Origin: an uncultured Candidatus Rokubacteria bacterium
Lineage (GTDB): Bacteria; Methylomirabilota; Methylomirabilia; Rokubacteriales; DASRDR01
Assembly: GCA_963826115.1 (NCBI GenBank)
Contig: CAWGVS010000005.1
Location: forward strand, 1,504,001-1,568,000
Direction of reading: 5' to 3'
Length of the DNA: 64,000 nucleotides
Shown piece after piece: positions 28,237 through 37,611 of this stretch. Position 1 is the first letter of the stretch. Every line of letters starts with the position of its first letter. The position numbers were made by a program, and so were the translations under genes. Under the pieces are notes generated by a model, which was not told the origin of the DNA, did not search any database, and saw only the letters and a program-made list of their open reading frames with translations.

Positions 28237-28445
28237 CTCGTGTCCTCGCCACCCTTACCTTCCTACTCACGGCCGGCGTGCTGACCCTGGCAGCGTGCAA
28301 CTCCGGCGGGGTCTCCAGCAGCTCGCAGAAGCCTTCGGGCTCGAGCAACGGGATGTCGGCCGCGCAGATGCCGGCGCCGGCGCGCGCGTCCGGCAAGACC
28401 ACGCTGGCCGACGGCCTGGCCGCGCAGCTCAGCAATCCACGGTAG
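28221..28445 (+). CDS. Small Ser-rich lipoprotein, module 2
   Basis: GGAGG SD; MHGPR start; lipobox LAAC-NS. Confidence 0.8.
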   Translation: MHGPRTRVLATLTFLLTAGVLTLAACNSGGVSSSSQKPSGSSNGMSAAQMPAPARASGKTTLADGLAAQLSNPR

Positions 28446-28515
28446 TCGGGACGCAGCCCGGTCTTCCCAACGCTTGCCCGAGGGCTGTCCCGCGAGACAG
28501 CCGTGGAGGCCGACG

Positions 28516-28899
28516 ATGTCAATCTCAGGCAGACGAGCAATCCCGTGGGCGCTCGGACTGGTGCTGGCCGCGATCCTCGTCGGCGGCTTTGCCGGTGAGG
28601 CGGCCGCGGACGTGTACAAGGGCACCATCACCTTCCAGAGCGTGCCCTCCGCCAACATCACCATCACCGTGGTGCCGGGAGTGTCCGCCGGTTATGTCGT
28701 CACGTTTCTCGGCATCACGATCGATTCAGGCGGCGTGGCCGCCACGGTGAACGGGTCAACGGTGACCGGCACGATCTTCAGCAACAACTTCCTTCCCTGC
28801 AACTTCTCGGGGACGGTCAACGGGCCGACCGCCACCTTGAACCTGGATCCGGCCTCGTGCGGCGGGCCAGGCCTGATCGTCGTCACCCGCGTCGCCTGA
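28516..28899 (+). CDS. Secreted beta-rich Cys-containing protein, module 2
   Basis: GGAGG SD; signal peptide ending EAAA; PCNFSGT...DPASC. Confidence 0.82.
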   Translation: MSISGRRAIPWALGLVLAAILVGGFAGEAAADVYKGTITFQSVPSANITITVVPGVSAGYVVTFLGITIDSGGVAATVNGSTVTGTIFSNNFLPCNFSGTVNGPTATLNLDPASCGGPGLIVVTRVA

Positions 28900-28944
28900 G
28901 GAAGCGGTCCGTCCACCTCTGGTCTCGGACGCTTCGAGTCCTCG

Positions 28945-28981
28945 CCGGCGGGCCGGTCGGTCCTGGCGACCGGCCCGCCGG
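28945..28981. terminator. Perfect 15-bp hairpin closing the duplicated module
   Basis: CCGGCGGGCCGGTCG-N7-CGACCGGCCCGCCGG; no U-tract. Confidence 0.5.
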
Positions 28982-29058
28982 TGAGGTATTCTGGCCGGCG
29001 ATTCGACGTTGGCCACGCGCGCCCCACGCGCCGGGCGGACGCCAGGATCCGAGAGCCC

Positions 29059-30198
29059 ATGGCGAGCTACCGCATCCCGTTCAACCGCCCCGGCCTGGCC
29101 GGCAACGAGCTCCAGTACATCCGGGAGTCGGTGGACTCGGGCCGGATCTCGGGCGACGGCGTGTTCACCGAGAAGTGCCGGCGCCTGCTCGAGGAGCTGC
29201 TCGGGGCCCGCCAGGTCCTCCTGACCACCTCCTGCACCACGGCGCTCGAGCTCGCCGCCCTGCTCTTAGACCTCGCCCCCGGGGACGAGGTGATCATGCC
29301 GTCGTTCACCTTCGTCTCCACGGCGAACGCCGTCGTGCTCCGGGGCGCGCGCCCGGTGTTCGCGGACATCCGGCCCGACACGCTGAACCTCGACGAGCGC
29401 CTCCTCGAGCCCCTGGTCACGCCGCGCACCCGGGCCATCGTGCCCGTGCACTACGCCGGCGTGGGCTGCGAGATGGACGCGATCCTGGGGGTCGCGCGTC
29501 GCCACGGCCTCGAGGTGATCGAGGACAACGCCCACGGTCTCTTCGGGGCGTATCGCGGGCGGCCGCTCGGCAGCCTGGGCGGCCTCGCCGCGCAGAGCTT
29601 CCACGAGACGAAGAACATCAGCTGCGGCGAGGGCGGCGCGCTCGTCATCAACGACGAGCGCTACGCCGAGCGTGCCGAGATCCTCCGCGAGAAGGGCACG
29701 AACCGGAGCCGCATGTTCCGCGGCCACGTGGACAAGTACACCTGGGTGGACGTGGGGTCGAGCGCGCTACCCTCCGACATCCTGGCCGCGTTCCTCTACG
29801 GCCAGCTCGAGGCGCGCGACGCGATCCAGCAGAAGCGCCGCCGCATCTGGGAGCGTTACTCCATTGAGCTCCCGTCGTGGGCCCGTGACCGCGGGATCCG
29901 CCTGCCGTCCATCCCGGAGCACTGCCGGCAGCCGTATCACCTCTTCTTCATCGTCACCGCGTCCCTCGAGCAGCGCACACGCCTCATCGCGCACCTGAGG
30001 GACCGCGGGATCCTGGCCGTCTTCCACTACCTGCCGCTCCACCTCTCCGAGATGGGACTGCGCCTCGGCGGGAAGCCCGGCGAGTGCCCGGTGACCGAGG
30101 ACCTGAGCGACCGCGTGCTCCGCCTGCCCCTCTACAACGACCTCGGCGAGGCGGATCAGGCCTACGTGATCGAGAGCCTCCACGCCTTCGGGGGCTGA
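29059..30198 (+). CDS. wecE: dTDP-4-amino-4,6-dideoxygalactose transaminase
   Basis: IPFN.P, LTTSCT.ALE, MPSFTFVSTANA, SFHETKN, EKGTNRS, DKYTWVD.GSS. Confidence 0.93.
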   Translation: MASYRIPFNRPGLAGNELQYIRESVDSGRISGDGVFTEKCRRLLEELLGARQVLLTTSCTTALELAALLLDLAPGDEVIMPSFTFVSTANAVVLRGARPVFADIRPDTLNLDERLLEPLVTPRTRAIVPVHYAGVGCEMDAILGVARRHGLEVIEDNAHGLFGAYRGRPLGSLGGLAAQSFHETKNISCGEGGALVINDERYAERAEILREKGTNRSRMFRGHVDKYTWVDVGSSALPSDILAAFLYGQLEARDAIQQKRRRIWERYSIELPSWARDRGIRLPSIPEHCRQPYHLFFIVTASLEQRTRLIAHLRDRGILAVFHYLPLHLSEMGLRLGGKPGECPVTEDLSDRVLRLPLYNDLGEADQAYVIESLHAFGG

Positions 30199-30237
30199 CG
30201 CGCTGCGAGACCCGACGGGCGCCGCGGGTCGGGCCGG

Positions 30238-31419
30238 ATGATGCCGTCCCTCGGCCGCCTAGGCCGCGGCCTCCGTGAGAGCCGCGAGCCGATCCTGATC
30301 TTCCTCGTCACGCGCGGTGCGCTCTTCCTGCTCGCCTACCTGAGCCTGGCGGTGCTGCCGCTCAACCCCGATCCAGGCGTGGCCACGCCGTCGGGGGGAC
30401 CGTGGCGTGGCTTCCCGGGCAACTTGTGGCTCGACGGCTGGACCCGCTGGGATGCCGGATGGTACCGGCACATCGCGACGTTCGGCTATGTCAACGAGCC
30501 GGTGGGACTGGCGGGCCAGCGCAACCTGGCCTTCTATCCGGCGTATCCCCTGGCCATGAAGCTCGTGAGCCTGGTGGGCCTGGAGCCGCTGGCCGCCGGC
30601 ATCCTGGTGTCGAACCTCGCGCTCCTGGCGGCGCTCGTCCTTCTCCACCGGATGCTGCGGGCGCGCTTCGGCGCGGACGCGGCGTCGCGGTGCGTGCTCC
30701 TCCTGTCGGTGTTCCCCTTCTCGTTCTACTTCAGCGCCGTGTACTCCGAGAGCCTGTTCCTCCTGCTGGCCGTCGCCGCGCTGTTCCTGGGCGAGCAGGG
30801 ACGCTGGGCGGGCGCGTCGGTCTGCGCGCTCCTGTGCGGCGCCACCCGGGCACCGGGCCTGGCCCTGGCGCCGGCGCTCGGCCTCCTCTACCTCGAGCGG
30901 ATCCGCTACGATGTGCGGAAGATCCGGCCCGACGTTCTCTGGCTCGGGCTGAGCGTCCTCGGGCCCTTCCTCTTCTATGCGTACCTCCACCTCCAGTTCG
31001 GCGATCCGTGGCTCGCGTTCCGGGCGACGCGGGTGCCGGGCTGGTGGCAGGGCGGCTTCGACCTCCGGCCCGCGGAGCGCGCGCTGCGCGCCCTTCGCTC
31101 GATCGACAATCTGAGGACGGGCCAGTTCCCGGTGGTGTTCGACCTGAATCTCCTGGCGGCCATGCTCTGCCTGGGGTCGCTGGTCGCCGTTTTCCGGCGG
31201 CAGCCGTTCGCGTGGGGCGTGTTCGCCCTCCTGATCGTGGCGTCCGGCGTCCTCCAGCCGGGCGGCTGGGGCCGCTACGTGCTCCCCGCCTTCCCGGTGT
31301 TCCTCGCCTGGGCGCTCGCGCTCGAGGGCGGGGTCGCGCTCGCCGCCGTCACGACGCTGTCGACGCTCCTGCTGGCGCTCCTGACGGTCCTGTACACCCA
31401 CTGGTACTGGGTGTCCTGA
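30238..31419 (+). CDS. GT-C (PIG-V/mannosyltransferase-like) membrane glycosyltransferase
   Basis: RWDAGWY..IA..GY, AFYPAYP, FSAVYSESLFL, RY.L.AFP. Confidence 0.88.
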   Translation: MMPSLGRLGRGLRESREPILIFLVTRGALFLLAYLSLAVLPLNPDPGVATPSGGPWRGFPGNLWLDGWTRWDAGWYRHIATFGYVNEPVGLAGQRNLAFYPAYPLAMKLVSLVGLEPLAAGILVSNLALLAALVLLHRMLRARFGADAASRCVLLLSVFPFSFYFSAVYSESLFLLLAVAALFLGEQGRWAGASVCALLCGATRAPGLALAPALGLLYLERIRYDVRKIRPDVLWLGLSVLGPFLFYAYLHLQFGDPWLAFRATRVPGWWQGGFDLRPAERALRALRSIDNLRTGQFPVVFDLNLLAAMLCLGSLVAVFRRQPFAWGVFALLIVASGVLQPGGWGRYVLPAFPVFLAWALALEGGVALAAVTTLSTLLLALLTVLYTHWYWVS

Positions 31420-31425
31420 CCGCCC

Positions 31426-32247
31426 TCAGCCGCGCGCGCATCCCGGGGGAAGGAGGTGCGGAGCATCCGCCGCGTGCCAGTGGAACGTCGCCTGCGCGTC
31501 GCGGAATCGATAGCCGAAGTGGGCCACCAGGTTGATCACGCGCGTGTTGCCGGCCGAGATCTTGGCGGTGAGCCACCGGGCCCCGATGGCCTTCAGGTCG
31601 AGGTGCATCCCCGTCATGAGGTCGAACGCGGCCGGGGTGCCCTTGGCCGACTCGGTGACCCCCATGATGCCGACCTCGGCGCGGTCCCCGACCAGCCGCA
31701 GCTGGAAGAAGCCCTTCACATTGCCGGGCGCGCCCACCACGTAGACGCGGTCCGCCGGGCTCGGCGAGGCGCAGGCGACGTGGACCCAGTGGCGGTAGCG
31801 CCGGTCCGCGAGCTCGGGCGGAAAGCGCGGGTCCGCGTTGTAGCGCCCGTGGCGGAAGGTGTGCTCGGCGATCTCCTCGATCTGCGGGTGGTCGTCGGGG
31901 GTCGCGAGCCGCACCGGACGCGCCGGCGGCTCGGCCGTGTACGTCTGGATCCGGAACGAGAGGCCGAGGGTCTGCTCCACGCACGTGAAGCCGAGCGCCG
32001 GCATGATCGCCCGCCAGACCCGGTCGTCGGCGGGGCCGGTGCACGAGACGAGCTCGACGCGCCGGGCCGACGCCCACGCGCGCAGCCGGTCGGCGACGGC
32101 CGAAAGATCCCGCCGGACGGTCTCGGGCTCACCGGGCGCAAAGGTGCCGACCGGGAACCCGAAGATCTCGGTGTCCCACGGCACGACGAACGCCGTGCCC
32201 CACTCCGGGCGGCTCGGGTCGAGAGGCTCGGCCGAGACGTCAGCCAT
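31426..32247 (-). CDS. WecD-like GNAT acetyltransferase
   Basis: WDTEIFG, F.HGRY.ADP.FP...A..RY..W pattern of TDP-fucosamine acetyltransferases; adjacent to wecE. Confidence 0.75.
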   Translation of the reverse strand: MADVSAEPLDPSRPEWGTAFVVPWDTEIFGFPVGTFAPGEPETVRRDLSAVADRLRAWASARRVELVSCTGPADDRVWRAIMPALGFTCVEQTLGLSFRIQTYTAEPPARPVRLATPDDHPQIEEIAEHTFRHGRYNADPRFPPELADRRYRHWVHVACASPSPADRVYVVGAPGNVKGFFQLRLVGDRAEVGIMGVTESAKGTPAAFDLMTGMHLDLKAIGARWLTAKISAGNTRVINLVAHFGYRFRDAQATFHWHAADAPHLLPPGCARG

Positions 32248-33208
32248 CGCCGTCGACAGGCTCCCCCACCCGCTCCCGGACGACGTACGAGGGCTCCCGG
32301 AGCACGCGGTGGTGGATCCGCGCCACGTACTCGCCAAGGATGCCGAGCGTGAAGAGCTGCGCGCCCGAGAAGATGGCGACGATCGACGCGGAGAACCGGA
32401 AGAGCGAGAGGGGCTGCCCGGTCGCCAGGTAGGACCCCATCACGAAGGCGAAGGCGCCGAGCCCCAGCAGCATCACGACGAAACCGACGAGGCTCGCGAG
32501 ACGGAGCGGCCACGTGCGGAAGGTGGTGGTCAGGTCGATCGCGAGCTTCGCAAGCTTGAGCCAGCTGTACTGGGACCGCCCGTGGCGCCGGGGGTCGTGG
32601 CGAACCCCGACCGAGGCGATCCGCGTCGTCGTCCACCCGAGGAGCGCGTCGATGGCCACCGCCGGCCCCTCGTAGTGGGCGAACCCCTCGCGGAGCACCG
32701 CCCGGAACGCGCGGAAGGCGCTGGCGCGCGAGGCGATGGCCACGCCCAGGAGGCGGTGGAGCCAGAAGCGCGTGACCCGCGACGAGACGTTCCGCGACAG
32801 CCCGTGCTCGGCGGACGCGGGAACGCCGTACACGAGATCGTGCCCCTGCCCCAGCACCTCCAGGAGGCGCGGGATCTCCTCCGGAGGATGCTGGAGGTCG
32901 TCGTCCATCGTCACGACGACCGCGAAGCGCGCGGCGCGGATCCCGGCCAGGAGCGCGTTGTGCTGGCCGTAGTTCCTCATCAGGTTGACGCCGCGGACCC
33001 AGGCGTGCTTCCGCGCCGCCTGGCCGATCCCGTCCCAGGACTCGTCCCGGCTCCCGTCGTTGACCAGGACGACCTCGAAGCGGTCGGCGATGGTGGGCAG
33101 CACCCGGGCGAGACGCTCGACCAGCGCGGGCAGGCTCGCCTGGCTGTTGTAGACCGGGATCACGATGCTCAGCTCGCGCTCTCGCCCGCGCTCGGACGCC
33201 ATCGTCAT
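32240..33208 (-). CDS. GT2 polyprenol-phosphate glycosyltransferase (ArnC/GtrB-like)
   Basis: SIVIPVYN, VNDGSRD, RNYGQHNA, MDDDLQHPPE, two C-terminal TMs, GEYVARI. Confidence 0.92.
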   Translation of the reverse strand: MTMASERGRERELSIVIPVYNSQASLPALVERLARVLPTIADRFEVVLVNDGSRDESWDGIGQAARKHAWVRGVNLMRNYGQHNALLAGIRAARFAVVVTMDDDLQHPPEEIPRLLEVLGQGHDLVYGVPASAEHGLSRNVSSRVTRFWLHRLLGVAIASRASAFRAFRAVLREGFAHYEGPAVAIDALLGWTTTRIASVGVRHDPRRHGRSQYSWLKLAKLAIDLTTTFRTWPLRLASLVGFVVMLLGLGAFAFVMGSYLATGQPLSLFRFSASIVAIFSGAQLFTLGILGEYVARIHHRVLREPSYVVRERVGEPVDGDG

Positions 33209-33286
33209 CTCCGGCCCCGTACGTTAGCACGACCGCGCCGGCGGCCCGGCCGCGCGGGGCCCGCCACCCCCCTGCCCGTCCGGCCG

Positions 33287-33991
33287 TCAGGCACCGGCAA
33301 GCGCCCCGCGCCACGCGACGAGCCGCCGCGCCGCCTCCGTGAGGTCACAGGCCTCGATGTCCGCCCGCTCGGTGTCGGTCCGGATCGCCTGCTCCGCGTG
33401 CGGGCCTCGGCGGAGGCGGACCGTGGTCAGTCCGAGCGCCCGCGCGGGCGCGACGTCGTTGTCCGGGCGGTCGCCCACGTAGGCCACGCGGTCCGGCGGG
33501 AGCGCCCAGGCATCCAGGGCGGCCCGGAAGAAGCGGGGATCGGGCTTGGAAAGCCCGACTGCTGCCGAGAGCCAAACGCCGTCGCACAGCCCGGCGATCC
33601 CGGCGCGCTCGAGGTCGGCCCGGGCCGACGCCGGCTGGTTGGCGAGCACCCCGAGGCGCAGGCCCGCGGCGCGGAGGTCGCGGAGCGCGCCGACGGTTTC
33701 GGGATACGCCTCGAGCGGGACGGCGTCCCACGGGATCGCCTTTCGCAGCCCGGCGGCCGCATCGGCGGGCACCGCGAGGCTCTCGAGCATCTGGACGAGC
33801 AGGCTCGGCTCACCGGGATCGGGACGCCGGCACGCCGCCCGGTAGGCGCCGTGCAGCTCGGCCTCGCCGTGCGGGCAGCCCGCCGCTGCGAGGGCCGGCG
33901 CGAGCCAGGCGAGCGCGTGCCGGAGGCGCGCCGTCTCGTCCATCAGGCAGTAGCCGACGTCGAAGAGGACCCCGGCACGCCACGCCGTCAT
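33287..33991 (-). CDS. HAD family hydrolase
   Basis: VLFDVG..L.D, KPDP, YVGDRPDNDV. Confidence 0.9.
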   Translation of the reverse strand: MTAWRAGVLFDVGYCLMDETARLRHALAWLAPALAAAGCPHGEAELHGAYRAACRRPDPGEPSLLVQMLESLAVPADAAAGLRKAIPWDAVPLEAYPETVGALRDLRAAGLRLGVLANQPASARADLERAGIAGLCDGVWLSAAVGLSKPDPRFFRAALDAWALPPDRVAYVGDRPDNDVAPARALGLTTVRLRRGPHAEQAIRTDTERADIEACDLTEAARRLVAWRGALAGA

Positions 33992-34386
33992 CGGTCGTCC
34001 GGCTCGAACTCGATGGTCACGGAAGCCTTGCCGTCGTTTCCGGTGGCGCACTCACGGACTCCCGCGTCTCCGAGACATATCACGATGCGCACGCCGGTCG
34101 CGTCACCGTTCTTCACGCTGGCGATCGCGACCAGCTGACATCCGGTAAGGTGGTTCATGGGGTTCCCGTCAGTTAGGCGGCTGCAGGACGCCTTCGACCG
34201 GACGTCGCGACGGATGGGCGTCTCGGCCTCGAACGTGACCAGATCGTCGAAGCCGACCGACACGCTCATGAGGAGGCCCGACGGCTGAGAGACGACCTCC
34301 ACCAGCGCGACACGCTCCGGATCGCGATCCTGATCGCATCCGAGCACTGCCAGCAGCCCCGGCAGCACGAGAAAGAATCGCCGCAC
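33988..34386 (-). CDS. Hypothetical lipoprotein with four further Cys
   Basis: GAGGAGG SD, GTG start, MRRFFLVLPGLLAVLG-C; stop overlaps the HAD ATG. Confidence 0.7.
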   Translation of the reverse strand: MRRFFLVLPGLLAVLGCDQDRDPERVALVEVVSQPSGLLMSVSVGFDDLVTFEAETPIRRDVRSKASCSRLTDGNPMNHLTGCQLVAIASVKNGDATGVRIVICLGDAGVRECATGNDGKASVTIEFEPDDR

Positions 34387-34478
34387 GGTGACCCTCCTCA
34401 GGCGTCGGCGCGCCGCCTGCCCTTGGGGTCCGTGCTCTCCGGAGCCCGATGAGAGCCAGCGCGCGATCGGAGCTCCGG

Positions 34479-35264
34479 CTACCCCGCGATGAAGCCTCCG
34501 TCGACGACGAGCTCGGCCCCGGTCATGAACGAGGACTCGTCCGACGCGAGGAAAAGCGCCGCGAACGCGATCTCGCGCGGCTTGGCGATGCGGCCGAGCG
34601 GGATGCCCGTCTCGAACTCCTTCCGGATCGCGTCGGTCAGGTACGGCGCCTGCAGCGGCGTGTCCACGATGCCGGGGTGGATGATGTTGCAGCGGATCTG
34701 GTCCTTCGCGAACTGGATCGCGAGCGACTTGGTGAGGGAGATGAGCGCGCCCTTCGCCGACGTGTAGGCATCCTGCGCGCGCGTGAAGCCGGCCAGCGCG
34801 GACACCGACCCGATGTTGACGATGGACCCGCCGCCGGCGGCCCGGAGGTGCGGGATGCCGTGCTTCGTGACCCAGAAGACCGACTTCAGGTTGATGGCCA
34901 TGACCCGGTCCCACCAGCCGTCGTCGGTCTCGAGCACCGAGCGATCGCGGTCCTTCCAGAGGACGCCCGCGTTGTTGTAGAGGATGTGGAGCGCGCCGAA
35001 GCGGCGCACGGTCTCATCGATCATGCGCTGGACGTCGGCCTCGACCGCCACGTCGCCCGCCACGGCCACCGCCTGGCCACCCGCGCGCTCCACGAGGGCC
35101 GCGGTCTCCTCGGCCGCCCCCTTGTTGATGTCGGCCACGCCGATCCGCGCGCCATGCGCGCCGAATAGCACGGCCGCCTCCCGTCCCATCCCCATGCCGG
35201 CCCCGGTGATGAAGGCCACCTTCCCCGCGAGTCTCGGTCCGAGGCCAGCTCCGTCCACGGCCAT
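34479..35264 (-). CDS. SDR family oxidoreductase
   Basis: TGAGMGMG, NNAG, YTSAK catalytic motif. Confidence 0.93.
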   Translation of the reverse strand: MAVDGAGLGPRLAGKVAFITGAGMGMGREAAVLFGAHGARIGVADINKGAAEETAALVERAGGQAVAVAGDVAVEADVQRMIDETVRRFGALHILYNNAGVLWKDRDRSVLETDDGWWDRVMAINLKSVFWVTKHGIPHLRAAGGGSIVNIGSVSALAGFTRAQDAYTSAKGALISLTKSLAIQFAKDQIRCNIIHPGIVDTPLQAPYLTDAIRKEFETGIPLGRIAKPREIAFAALFLASDESSFMTGAELVVDGGFIAG

Positions 35265-35314
35265 CACGCGCCCTCCCGTCGGTCGTTCGAGTGGAATGCC
35301 GTCGCCATCGTACC

Positions 35315-36205
35315 TCAGGGCACACGCACGCGGAGAACCGCGGGGCGGATCCGCACGCGGACGACGTGACCGCCGGTGGCCGCTTCCCCGTCCACGTGGA
35401 AGGGGATCGGCTCGGGCGCGGAGATCTCCACGGCCGGGACGCGCCGCGTGGCAACCCCGGGCGCCCGGTCCAGCGTGCCCCGGAAGAGGTGGAGCGAGTC
35501 CCGCAGCGCCACGAGCGGCGGCCGCTCCGCCACCGTGACCAGCTCGAGCTGACCGTCGTCGGGCCGGGCCGTGGGCGCGACCACCGCCCCGCCCCCGTAC
35601 TGGCGCCCGTTCGCGCAGACGACCAGGAGCGCGCGCTCCGTCCACGCCTCGTCGCCGGCCCGGAAGGCGTACTCCCGGGCGCGGTACCGGAGGACCTCGC
35701 GGACGCCGATGGTGAGGTACGGCCAGAGCCCGCGGCGCCGGAGCCCGCGCGCGTTGAACAGCGCCGCGACGTGGGCGTCCACGCCGATGCCGCACAGGTT
35801 GACGAACAGGCGCCCGTCGACCTCACCCACGTCGATCACCCGCTCGCGGCGGCCGAGCGCGATGCCGAGGGCCGCGGCCGGGTCCCAGGGGATCCCGAGC
35901 TCGCGGGCGAGGCCGTTGCCCGAGCCGGCGGGCACGACGCCGAGGGCGGTGCCGCTCCCGGCGAGGGCACTCGCGACCTCGTTGACGGTCCCGTCGCCGC
36001 CCCAGGCGCAGACGAGGGGCACGCGGGCGGCGACCGCGGCCCGCGCGAGCTCGTGCGCGTGGCCGGGTCCCTCGGTGACCCGCACCGTCCCCCCGGTGCC
36101 GCGCTTCGCAAGCGCGTCCTCGGCAAACGCGCGCCGCTTGTCCCCGGCCCGCGCCCCCCGCGGGCCCGACACCGGGTTGATGACGACCGCGACCGACGAG
36201 CTCAG
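35315..36205 (-). CDS. Diacylglycerol kinase (YegS/BmrU) family lipid kinase, probable CTG start
   Basis: VINPVSG, GGDGTVNEV, PAGSGNGLA, NGRQYGGG, HVDGE; the only plausible start is the CTG overlapping the upstream TGA. Confidence 0.85.
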   Translation of the reverse strand: MSSSVAVVINPVSGPRGARAGDKRRAFAEDALAKRGTGGTVRVTEGPGHAHELARAAVAARVPLVCAWGGDGTVNEVASALAGSGTALGVVPAGSGNGLARELGIPWDPAAALGIALGRRERVIDVGEVDGRLFVNLCGIGVDAHVAALFNARGLRRRGLWPYLTIGVREVLRYRAREYAFRAGDEAWTERALLVVCANGRQYGGGAVVAPTARPDDGQLELVTVAERPPLVALRDSLHLFRGTLDRAPGVATRRVPAVEISAPEPIPFHVDGEAATGGHVVRVRIRPAVLRVRVP

Positions 36206-37566
36206 ATCCGCTCGAAGCCCCGCATCAGCTCCCAGTCGGTCACGACCTGGTCGAACGTCCGCTGCTCGAGCCGCGCGGTGTGGAGGTAGTGCTCGACGAC
36301 CTCGTCCCCGAACGCCTCCCGCGCCACCTTGGACCGCTCCAGCTCGCCGATGGCCTCTCGGAGGGTCTTCGGAACCTGGGGGAGCTTGGGGTCCTCGTAG
36401 GCGTTGCCCTCGTAGACCTTGGGCGCCGGGAGCTTCTTCTGGATGCCGTGGAGCCCGGCCGCAATCGTGGCCGCGAAGGCCACGTAGGGGTTCGCGTCGG
36501 CGCCGGGGATGCGGTTCTCGACGCGGAAGCCCGAGCCCTCGCCGCAGATCCGGAAGCCGCAGGTGCGGTTGTCCCAGCCGGCGACGATCCGGGTGGGCGC
36601 GAACGACCCGGCCTGGTACCGCTTGTAGGAGTTGACGTAGGGCGCGTAGAAGTAGGCGAACTCCTTCGCCATCGCCATCTGCCCGGCGAGCCAGTGCCCG
36701 TAGAGGGCGGAGCCGAGCCGCTTGCCCTTCTCGTGGAAGAGGCTCTTCTTCCCCGTCCGGTCCCAGAGGCTCGAGTGCAGGTGGAACGAGGACCCGGCGG
36801 AGCCCATGTCGTACTTCGCCATGAAGGTGATCGAGCTCCCCTGGGCGTGCGCGATCTCCTTCACCCCGTGCTTGTAGAGCGTGTGGCGGTCCGCCATCTC
36901 GAGGGGCTCGGCGTAGCGGAGGTTGATCTCCTCCTGTCCGCACCCCCACTCGCCCTTCGAGAACTCGACGGGGACGGCGGCGGCCTCCATCCCGTTGCGG
37001 ATCGCCCGGACGAGGCCTTCCTCCTTCGTGGTCTGGAGGATGTGGTAGTCCTCGATGTACTGGGAGACCGGCGTCAGCCCGTGGTACCGCTTCGCCCGAG
37101 CCTCGGCGAAGGTCTCCTTGAAGAGATAGAGCTCGAGCTCCGACGCGACCATGATCCGGTAGCCTTGCTTGGTCGCGCGCTCGATCTGCTGCTGGAGGAT
37201 TCGGCGCGGGCTGACCTCGACCGGCTCTCCCTCCTCCGTGTAGAGGTCGCAGAACACGAGCGCCGTCTTCTCGAGCCACGGGATCCGGCGGAGCGTCCCC
37301 AGGTCCGGGACGGCCTTCATGTCCTGGTAGCCGGTGGCCCACGACGCGAACTTGTAGCCGGGCAAGGGCTCCATGTCGACGTCGACCGTGAGGAGGTACG
37401 CGCACGCGTGGACGCCCTCGCCGGCGACGTGCCCCAGGAAGTGGCGCCCGACCACGCGCTTCCCCATGAGCCGCCCCTGGACGTCGGGAAAGACCGTCAA
37501 GACCGTGTCGATCTCGTCCCGGCGGACGAGATCCTCGAGCTCCTTCAGGTCGAGATTTCCGGGCAT
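36202..37566 (-). CDS. Glutamine synthetase family gamma-glutamyl-amine ligase (GlnA4/PuuA-like)
   Basis: GRLMGKR, ELELYLF, SKGEWGCGQEEIN, TFMAK, H.H.SLW, DNRT, ENRIPGADANPY. Confidence 0.9.
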   Translation of the reverse strand: MPGNLDLKELEDLVRRDEIDTVLTVFPDVQGRLMGKRVVGRHFLGHVAGEGVHACAYLLTVDVDMEPLPGYKFASWATGYQDMKAVPDLGTLRRIPWLEKTALVFCDLYTEEGEPVEVSPRRILQQQIERATKQGYRIMVASELELYLFKETFAEARAKRYHGLTPVSQYIEDYHILQTTKEEGLVRAIRNGMEAAAVPVEFSKGEWGCGQEEINLRYAEPLEMADRHTLYKHGVKEIAHAQGSSITFMAKYDMGSAGSSFHLHSSLWDRTGKKSLFHEKGKRLGSALYGHWLAGQMAMAKEFAYFYAPYVNSYKRYQAGSFAPTRIVAGWDNRTCGFRICGEGSGFRVENRIPGADANPYVAFAATIAAGLHGIQKKLPAPKVYEGNAYEDPKLPQVPKTLREAIGELERSKVAREAFGDEVVEHYLHTARLEQRTFDQVVTDWELMRGFERI

Positions 37567-37611
37567 GGCCCCCTCGGACGCCTCTCGCTCCCGGGCGGGG
37601 CGCCGGCCGGT

